Source: Bdellovibrionales bacterium (GTDB taxonomy: Bacteria > Bdellovibrionota > Bdellovibrionia > Bdellovibrionales > JAUICD01). From it: a DNA stretch of 64,000 bases. Location of the stretch: positions 1,358,039 through 1,422,038 of the forward strand of contig OZ241914.1 of the NCBI GenBank assembly GCA_965203875.1. The letters run 5' to 3'. Positions within the stretch are counted from its first letter, which is position 1. Each line of letters starts with the position of its first letter. A program made the translations under genes and the position numbers. Positions 21,894 through 28,889 of this stretch are shown here, piece by piece. The notes below the pieces were generated by a model. The model was given only the letters and a program-made list of their open reading frames with translations, was not told the DNA's origin and ran no database searches.

Positions 21894-22140
21894 AGGTCTT
21901 CAATTAATAAGGCCCTTCGTTTTTGAATTAAAGGTCTTCAATTCTATCAAATACTTGCTAGTGTAGTGGAAAGACCGGAGGTCTTGTAGCGGAACTAGGC
22001 AAGGATTTGATAGAATGTTGCCCAACGTTCAAGGTATATTACGAAAGCTTTTGTTCATAGCAGAAAGATCAGGCCGAAAGTGGAGCCAAGGGGCATTTAT
22101 TAAAAAAGCCAAAGCAACGTTCAAAGTATATTCCAAACAA
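21891..22140 (+). repeat. SR-1 structured intergenic repeat array (partial flank plus two units), starting on the ankyrin gene's TAA stop
   Basis: TAAaggtcttcaatt at 21891. A full unit spans 21930-22048 (aaaggtcttcaatt / ctatcaaatacttgc / core with aagacc-gga-ggtctt / gcaaggatttgataga / atgttgcccaacgttcaaggtatatt). A second, flank-less unit runs to about 22140. Confidence 0.85.
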
Positions 22141-22170
22141 ATTTTCTAAGATCCAAAGTTTTTAATATAA

Positions 22171-22252
22171 CAAATCTAAGCATAGAGCTTGCCGAGGTAC
22201 GCTGCTCCCCAGAGCAGCTTGAAAGCCTCTCTAAGCTCTATGCTTAGATTTG
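22171..22252. repeat. SR-2 element: a 42-bp conserved core flanked by perfect 20-bp inverted repeats
   Basis: caaatctaagcatagagctt (22171-22190) and aagctctatgcttagatttg (22233-22252) are exact reverse complements. The core is gccgaggtacgctgctc-ccca-gagcagcttgaaagcctctct. Confidence 0.9.
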
Positions 22253-22394
22253 TTTAAACTCTCCCTCTTATAAGCAGTAAATTGTGAATACTTAATACAT
22301 ATAAATACTACATTTTTATAGTGAAATTGAATTTTTTAACTAAATTATAAACAAATATGCTAATATCACTCTCTAAAGAAGCAACACGATATCC

Positions 22395-25298
22395 ATGAAA
22401 CTCAAGTTTATTAGACATATTAAAAAAGCAAGTACTTTTAAGAAAGTTGTTAAGACAAAAGTACTTTTATTTTCTGTAACATCATTTTTTATAACATTTG
22501 GTGTACTTAGTGTTTTTACTTACGCTAAAGCTCAAACTACTTCCTACACAGAGCCTAGCTTGGATGATCTAAGATTAGCTAATAAAGCTGTCTCCTCTTG
22601 CAGAGTCTTACAAGATGTTATTAGTGAAAATAGTCAGGTTGAAGACATCCCAGCTACTAAAGTTTTTGTTGAACTACAAAGAACAGAAGATGGGGATCTT
22701 CTAATAGACGATGAAGCTTGTAGAGAAAGTATTTTAGAGTTTGTTAAAAGTTTATGCACTTCTAGTTCTTCTAAGAACAATCTTTATTGTGAAAGATTAG
22801 GGATTAAGAAAAGTGAAAGTACTTTCGACTCAAATGAAGGTGCTAATACTAGTACTAATGATAATACTAATGGTAATGAAGTTGATCGTATAAGCGACTA
22901 TAAAAAAAGCGATTATAAGAAATTTGGTCAGTCGGCTATAGATAATTTAGGTATAGATCTATCAGACGATATAAGTTTTGAATCAAGTTTAGATGAAAAA
23001 GATCAACGGGAAGAAAGTAAGCTTAAGTTTTTGGCAGCTGGTACATTATTTTCTTTAAGTCCTGTAAAAAAGCTTAGAGTTGCTTCATTCGTTGGTAAGA
23101 ACTTAGCTATTAGAATAAAACCTGTTCTTAACGGAGCATTGTTAGTATTGGCTACCCTAGGTTTATCGTCTTGTAATGATGCTACAGGTCCTGAGCCAGT
23201 TAAACCTCCAACTGTAGTAGATACTCCTTGTACTAGAAGAGAAAGTGGTTATTTTCAATTATCAGGTGCTAATGTTGCTTGTATAAAGCTTCCTACCCTA
23301 ACTTATTCTTTTTTAACTAGCACAGGCGAAGAATCGGATTCTTCAAACGGTGATCCGGACACTACAATAAGAATAAAGTTTGATTCAGAAGTTGTTTTTA
23401 TAGACAACAACGAATGGCAAGAACTAACTCCAGAAAATGTCTTACAAATGCTGGAAATTAAAAAAAATAACACAGAAACTGATCTTACAACCCCAGAAGG
23501 CTCTATAAATCAGGATAACATATCCATAACCACAGAAAGCTCTAATACAGTTATAACTATAAAACCTCCAAATAGTTCTAATGGCAAAATCTATCATGCT
23601 GGGGAGTATTCTATGTTAACCAAAAACTATGCTCCAAAGACAGATGCTTCAAAAGTACAACAAAGTACTAATATAAATACTTATCTTGAAAGTATAAAAG
23701 AAGAATCCTCATTTAGTGTTACTGGCAATAATCCATGTGTTAGAGGCGAAACAGGTTACTTTTATTTTAGAGATTCTAACAACATGGCTAGATGTGAAAA
23801 CCTAATACCTAATATAAGTTATACTTTTAGTAAAAATAATGATCCTCAAGCTATCCTAAACATAAGCTTTGATTCTGATGTTGTGTACATAGACAACAAC
23901 GGTTGGTCTGAAATAGATAACAACAATATTTTAGACATGCTAGCCATCAATCCTGTTGATACTGGTACTGATGTTGATTATACGATTTATACTGGCGATT
24001 TATTAGTAGAAGATGGTCCTATTGATCAGGAACAAATCACCGTAACCAAAACAAATACTGGCATCACCATTGAAATAGATCCTCCTAACACTGGGTTGCA
24101 TTGGCGCAAGGTACATAAAATTGGGTTGTATCAAGCTGGTAACTACATGCTTTCTGCTAGTAATTATATTAGAAGATCAGATATTGATATAGTGATTCAA
24201 AACAACGCACTGGATGATTATCTAGATGCCGCAAAAGGTAGTAGTGGTACAGAGTTTTCTATTGATGCTGTCTCTAACTTATCCTGTGGATCAGAAACAT
24301 TTCAAGGTTATATGCCTACAACATCTATTGAAGACGAACACCAAGAGCCATCTTTTTGTGGAGCCTATGTGCATGAACTTCCACCTGAATTAGCTATAGC
24401 AGCACATCACCATTATCAACCCAGAAGAGCTGATCCTAATACAACCTATGTAATAGATATTGGCTTTGTAATGTCCGAAAGATATTCTACACCTGGTTGG
24501 GATGATTTTATAACGAACCATGTGCTTACTCATGTGAATGATATTTATCAAAGATCAGGAGTTAACGTAGAATTTAGAGCTAAAAGTGTTGTACCTTTTC
24601 AAGATTATAGGCACTATATACGCTGTCAGATTGATGCTCTAGATTTAAATAATAGATATGCTATATCCCGTGTTAATTTTGATTTGATTTCTATAATACG
24701 AAAGAATCATGGAGTTGATCTGATTTATACAATACAAAATTTTGAAGAAGAGACAAGAATTGCTGGGTTTGCTTCTGTTCGATTTAATGATCATTCATTG
24801 GAGGAAGCCAGAATATATGCCACTAGTGGTACGGTAGATCCTGGTTCTCATAACAAAGAAATACCTGACATGTTTGATCAACAGTACAGATTCATACATG
24901 TCCTAACACATGAACTGGGCCATAACCTAGGATTACTTCATAACAAGGAAGATTATGAAACATTCCCTGTTGAGAGCATTTTTCATCCTAAAGGGTATGG
25001 ATATATAGGGTCAGCTAATGCAATAGACGGACAAGCTTTAAGATATGGAACAGTGATGTCGATTCGTATAGACGACGTGCCTTTTTTCAGTGCTAATAAA
25101 GTGGTAACAAAAGAGGAATTATGTATAGACGAAGACAGGTACGACAATAAACTTGGCGGTGGATTTTGTACAGCCAGTTACGATAAACTAGCTGATGAAC
25201 AGCTTCGTTTAGGTGATGAGCAAGCAGACGCTTCGGAGGCTTTGCAGTACACAATAGAGGATGCCTCTAAGTATCACTGTGGTTCAGGATCATGTTAG
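22395..25298 (+). CDS. Multidomain metzincin zinc metalloprotease (reprolysin/ADAM-like catalytic motif) with an internal lipobox-like segment
   Basis: 967 aa. The order is a signal peptide (..FTYAKA/QT), a 4-Cys N-domain, then a hydrophobic stretch ending LATLGLSSC (Cys260). Two modules of about 175 aa follow. The C-terminal domain carries HELGHNLGLLH (HExxHxxGxxH) and a downstream YGTVMS (candidate Met-turn). Confidence 0.85.
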   Translation: MKLKFIRHIKKASTFKKVVKTKVLLFSVTSFFITFGVLSVFTYAKAQTTSYTEPSLDDLRLANKAVSSCRVLQDVISENSQVEDIPATKVFVELQRTEDGDLLIDDEACRESILEFVKSLCTSSSSKNNLYCERLGIKKSESTFDSNEGANTSTNDNTNGNEVDRISDYKKSDYKKFGQSAIDNLGIDLSDDISFESSLDEKDQREESKLKFLAAGTLFSLSPVKKLRVASFVGKNLAIRIKPVLNGALLVLATLGLSSCNDATGPEPVKPPTVVDTPCTRRESGYFQLSGANVACIKLPTLTYSFLTSTGEESDSSNGDPDTTIRIKFDSEVVFIDNNEWQELTPENVLQMLEIKKNNTETDLTTPEGSINQDNISITTESSNTVITIKPPNSSNGKIYHAGEYSMLTKNYAPKTDASKVQQSTNINTYLESIKEESSFSVTGNNPCVRGETGYFYFRDSNNMARCENLIPNISYTFSKNNDPQAILNISFDSDVVYIDNNGWSEIDNNNILDMLAINPVDTGTDVDYTIYTGDLLVEDGPIDQEQITVTKTNTGITIEIDPPNTGLHWRKVHKIGLYQAGNYMLSASNYIRRSDIDIVIQNNALDDYLDAAKGSSGTEFSIDAVSNLSCGSETFQGYMPTTSIEDEHQEPSFCGAYVHELPPELAIAAHHHYQPRRADPNTTYVIDIGFVMSERYSTPGWDDFITNHVLTHVNDIYQRSGVNVEFRAKSVVPFQDYRHYIRCQIDALDLNNRYAISRVNFDLISIIRKNHGVDLIYTIQNFEEETRIAGFASVRFNDHSLEEARIYATSGTVDPGSHNKEIPDMFDQQYRFIHVLTHELGHNLGLLHNKEDYETFPVESIFHPKGYGYIGSANAIDGQALRYGTVMSIRIDDVPFFSANKVVTKEELCIDEDRYDNKLGGGFCTASYDKLADEQLRLGDEQADASEALQYTIEDASKYHCGSGSC
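24909..24941 (+). other. Metzincin zinc-binding motif HELGHNLGLLH
   Basis: Codons cat gaa ctg ggc cat aac cta gga tta ctt cat, read directly from the sequence. Confidence 0.9.
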
Positions 25299-25327
25299 GT
25301 TAAGGTGATCAAGTTTTTATCCATCTA

Positions 25328-28300
25328 CTAATAACAGGTGCCTGTCTGTTGGTGACAACGGTTGTAGTCTGTCCACCAACAGTCACTATTTCTATCACAA
25401 CTAGCAGAAATTCCACAAGTTTTTCTTCCATATGAGATTCCACTATGGCATTGACCTTGGCCTCTACATCTTGTTCCACCTGTGCATCGACCACTTCTGC
25501 AATATGCACCACATGTATTTTTATCATCTGAGTCACAGATTACTCCTCCACTGTAGCAGGTTCCAGCTGCTGTATTATTATGAGTTCTGTATCCACAATT
25601 TTTATTCCCAACTTCACTTCGATAGTTTCTATTAACGTCTTGACAAGTCTCTGGGTCATCAGAATCAGTCCAACAAGTTTTTACACCACACACACTTGTT
25701 GAAGTACTGCCACTACCTTGATTTGTGGTATTTGGATGAGTACTTGGACAAGATACTTCACTTGATGTTTTAGCTACACGTGTACCGCATTGATCAGGAT
25801 TACACTTATAACAATCATTTGGGATGCAGGTAGGACCACTTCCATTCCAGCATGTTTTTACACCACATACTAGCGGTGTTTTTTTAGTACTCTTACAAGT
25901 TTGTTTTGAAGTATATGGATGAGTACTTGGACAAGATACTTCACTTGCTGTTTTAGCTACACGTGTACCGCATTGATCAGGATTACACTTATAACAATCA
26001 TTTGGGATGCAGGTAGGACCGCTTCCATTCCAGCATGTTTTTACACCACATACTCTGGTTGAACGACTATTACAAGTTTGTTGTGAAGTATTTGGATGAG
26101 TACTTGGACAAGATACTTCACGTGCTGTTTTAGCTACACAACTGTTACCACTACATTTTTGACAAGGATTGCAATCACACCGGGGAGGATCTACACAACT
26201 ACCACTTCCATTACAAACTTTGCCACCAGTACATTTGCTAGTTGGTGATCCACATCCATCAGAAGGACATTTCTTGCATGCATTTCTATCTTCAGTAGTT
26301 AAAGTACAAGGTGTCCCATTATTACAGCTTCCATTCACACAGAGGTTACATGTACCAGTACAATCTGAGGGTCCGCTACACTGAGGAGGATCTACACACC
26401 TACCACTTCCATTACAAATTTTGTTAAGAGCAATGCATCTATTAGTTGGTGAACCACATCCGTTAGAAGGACATACCATACAATTATTAGTGTCTGCTGT
26501 GCAGTAATCGGTACCTCCACGATAGCAAGTTTCTGGGTCAGGGTCTGGGTCAGATAATGTGCTGTCATCGTTACCAGTGCTATCATCTACGCCGCTATCA
26601 TCACCAGTATTTCCACCGCCTCCAGTGGATTTACACTTGTAACAATATGTATCGCATACACCGATAGCTTCAGGAGTTTTACCATCATCAGTACAGGCTG
26701 ATGAACTACTTTCTTTATGAGTAGGATGATTTGAGCAGTTTACAGCTTGAGCTATGCACTTACCTCCAACACACTCTTGGCAGGAGTTACAATCTGAAGG
26801 ACCACTACAGGAATGTTGACTTACACATCGATCTGCCAGACTTGTATCTGCTGAACAAACTTTTCCAAGTGCTGCACAAGCAGCATTATCGCAGGCACAA
26901 CCATTATTTACGCAAATATTACCAGGATTACAGCAAATAGCATTATTACGACAACTAGCATGATTAGCTGGACATTCACAACGGCCAGTAGCACTATTAC
27001 ACCTCTGAATACCAGTGCATGTTACCCCAGCACATGGATCCGTTGTAGTAGTCGTAGAGAAAATAAGTGCATCTTCTTGAGGCGATGGAGAGTAGTTACC
27101 ATACTCGTCCACTAACCTAAGCTCTATACTATACTCAATACTAGAATCAGGTGCAGGCAACTCAGTAAATCTTAAATGTAACTCCCTATCTTTACTACGA
27201 TCACCACCTTCAGGATCACTAGGATCACTCGCATATAGCTGGGCAGTCACAGGATGTGTATCATCACCAATAGTAAAGGAACTACCAGATAAATCATCAC
27301 ATAAAAACCAATCTCCAACTGGATGATCTATACCACTAATCTTTTTGTTCAAACGACATAAAAATACTCCCTTACTAAAACTGGAATTTAAACAATATCC
27401 TGCATCATTACCATCTGGACACCTATAACCCCTATCCCATACACGACCTTCTAGCTTAAACCTACATGTCGTAGAATTATCAGAATTTGTAGTACATTGA
27501 AGGGTAGTGGTCGTTGTTGAAGTTGATGAACTGTCTGAAGAATCAGCCTCAGAATTAGACACAGAAGATAGAGATATTGTAGATGGATTATGCTTATTAT
27601 TAGCTTTATTAGCCAGATTACTAACTAAGTTGTTACTAACTAACTTGTTGTTATTAGCTTTGCTACTAACTAACTTGTTGTTATTTTTGTTACTAGCTAA
27701 ATTAGCTTGAAAGCTATTATCAGGTGGTTGAGTCGTAGTAACTGAAGTAGTCTTTACTATTGTCTTATTGCGTGCTGTTACATACCTCTGAGAATAAGAA
27801 AATACCTTCTCAGCTCTGCATCTGATAGGATCATAACTAGATACTGCCTTCCTCTCCTCAACCTCCACAAATAACTTAAATCCAAGATCATGACGAATAT
27901 TAGCCTCAGGCAAACCTGATAAACTAGAAGCAAGCTTATAACCTAACTTACTCTTATCTGAATTCTCAGGTTTATCATAAACAGAACGAGGACGAACAAA
28001 AATAGGATGTATAGCCTTACTCTTATGCCTGTTACAACTATCTGTCTTCTCATTCTTGCTTATATCCCAAGGCCTTATACCAATACGAACATCATACTTA
28101 GACTTAGCTATGTAATTACTTACAGGAGTATAACTACTCACAGGCTCAACTGGACCAAAGGATAAGGACGATATATCAGATAAACGCTCACTTAACAAAA
28201 ATAACGACTCTCCGGTCAACCTATCCCACTTATATCCATCTGAAGATGAACCATTGTTGTCTGCTAGCCCTTGATGAGCTGTCCGTTTATCTTCATCCTT

Positions 28301-28510
28301 AAGCTTACGATATTTATTAGGATTCTCTTCAACCCACTTGTCTAAATCACCTAACTTTATCAAAGGAGCAGAAGACTCATGAGACTTAAACTCCATCTTC
28401 ACTAGATCAAAAGTCAAAGCTGAACTGTTACTAATTTGAGCATCTGATGGACATATAGAAATAGGATTAGTAGAAGATGTCTTTAAATACTTATTATACA
28501 AGTCCTCCAA
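25328..28510 (-). CDS. Giant Cys-rich / EGF-like repeat surface protein body, probably the 3' part of a phase-variable fusion with the pilin-like ORF upstream
   Basis: The ORF-track start is a TTG with no signal peptide. The same frame is actually open from 28684, so it runs through the G13 tract. The C-terminal 560 aa are dominated by Cys-rich modules (DPCAGVTCTGIQRCNSATGRCEC; CPSxGCGSPTxxC..CNGSGxCVDPPxC; three copies of VAKTxxEVSCPSTHP..CGVKTCWNGSGPTCIPNDCYKCNPDQCGTR). Confidence 0.8.
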   Translation of the reverse strand: MEDLYNKYLKTSSTNPISICPSDAQISNSSALTFDLVKMEFKSHESSAPLIKLGDLDKWVEENPNKYRKLKDEDKRTAHQGLADNNGSSSDGYKWDRLTGESLFLLSERLSDISSLSFGPVEPVSSYTPVSNYIAKSKYDVRIGIRPWDISKNEKTDSCNRHKSKAIHPIFVRPRSVYDKPENSDKSKLGYKLASSLSGLPEANIRHDLGFKLFVEVEERKAVSSYDPIRCRAEKVFSYSQRYVTARNKTIVKTTSVTTTQPPDNSFQANLASNKNNNKLVSSKANNNKLVSNNLVSNLANKANNKHNPSTISLSSVSNSEADSSDSSSTSTTTTTLQCTTNSDNSTTCRFKLEGRVWDRGYRCPDGNDAGYCLNSSFSKGVFLCRLNKKISGIDHPVGDWFLCDDLSGSSFTIGDDTHPVTAQLYASDPSDPEGGDRSKDRELHLRFTELPAPDSSIEYSIELRLVDEYGNYSPSPQEDALIFSTTTTTDPCAGVTCTGIQRCNSATGRCECPANHASCRNNAICCNPGNICVNNGCACDNAACAALGKVCSADTSLADRCVSQHSCSGPSDCNSCQECVGGKCIAQAVNCSNHPTHKESSSSACTDDGKTPEAIGVCDTYCYKCKSTGGGGNTGDDSGVDDSTGNDDSTLSDPDPDPETCYRGGTDYCTADTNNCMVCPSNGCGSPTNRCIALNKICNGSGRCVDPPQCSGPSDCTGTCNLCVNGSCNNGTPCTLTTEDRNACKKCPSDGCGSPTSKCTGGKVCNGSGSCVDPPRCDCNPCQKCSGNSCVAKTAREVSCPSTHPNTSQQTCNSRSTRVCGVKTCWNGSGPTCIPNDCYKCNPDQCGTRVAKTASEVSCPSTHPYTSKQTCKSTKKTPLVCGVKTCWNGSGPTCIPNDCYKCNPDQCGTRVAKTSSEVSCPSTHPNTTNQGSGSTSTSVCGVKTCWTDSDDPETCQDVNRNYRSEVGNKNCGYRTHNNTAAGTCYSGGVICDSDDKNTCGAYCRSGRCTGGTRCRGQGQCHSGISYGRKTCGISASCDRNSDCWWTDYNRCHQQTGTCY
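25690..26150 (-). repeat. In-gene tandem repeat, period 183/177 bp, about 3 copies
   Basis: tacttggacaagatacttcac recurs at 25741, 25924 and 26101. Copies 1 and 2 are nearly identical over more than 120 bp (ttttagctacacgtgtaccgcattgatcaggattacacttataacaatcatttgggatgcaggtaggacc...). Boundaries are approximate. Confidence 0.9.
27596..27705 (-). repeat. Short in-gene tandem / low-complexity repeat encoding N/K/L/V/S-rich peptide
   Basis: ctaactaacttgttgttatt occurs twice among related ttagc/ttact units. The encoded peptide is NNNKLVSSKANNNKLVSNNLVSNLANKANNK. Confidence 0.7.
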
Positions 28511-28598
28511 AACTCCAACATCTGAACCATCATATAACCTATCTAAATGTAAAGTAACTCCACTAGATGAAGCACTTAATGGAGAATCTACAGAAGTA

Positions 28599-28889
28599 TT
28601 ATGACCAATCTTGCTTAAATTTTGGTCGCCCCCCCCCCCCCAAATTTTGGGTAGTAGAGGTAGTAGAAACAGTAGATATAGTAGCTACTTCTTTCTTAGG
28701 AGAAACCTTACTGCCATTCTTAGAAAAATGAGCCAATACATTACCAGCTACAGATGAACACATATAAGTATCATGCTTCCTCTGAGTTAAAGTCATCATA
28801 TTAGCCGACATAAACGTAACCACAAAACCTGTAGCTGATACCAACGCCAATCCTATCAATGTCTCCAACATCGTAAATCCCCCAGTCTT
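28599..28889 (-). CDS. Prepilin-type N-terminal (cleavage/methylation-like) domain ORF, truncated by frame at a G13 tract
   Basis: It encodes ..KTGGFTMLETLIGLALVSATGFVV.., a close match to the type IV pilin/pseudopilin G/FTLxE plus hydrophobic-helix signature. The only canonical start nearby is the ATG at 28871 (the M of FTMLE), preceded by GGGGGA. No start exists for a normal short leader. The ORF stops 8 codons after the G tract. Confidence 0.6.
   Translation of the reverse strand, partial: KTGGFTMLETLIGLALVSATGFVVTFMSANMMTLTQRKHDTYMCSSVAGNVLAHFSKNGSKVSPKKEVATISTVSTTSTTQNLGGGGRPKFKQDWS
28629..28641 (-). repeat. Homopolymeric tract: C13 on the plus strand, G13 on the coding strand
   Basis: Counted directly: ...ggtcg cc cccccccccc c aaatt... 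It sits exactly at the junction of the two overlapping reading frames. Confidence 0.95.

Noticed and set aside
21891-21925. Idea that the TAA before SR-1 is read through to append a conserved tag. The in-frame continuation reads R-S-S-I.. in three copies, R-F-S-I.. in the 42482 copy and K-S-S-F.. in the degenerate 53519 copy.
   Set aside because: The apparent peptide conservation is just the conserved DNA flank. Extensions end after 8-27 codons at unrelated positions, and nothing in the sequence indicates recoding. I kept it only as a remote alternative under the SR-1 finding.
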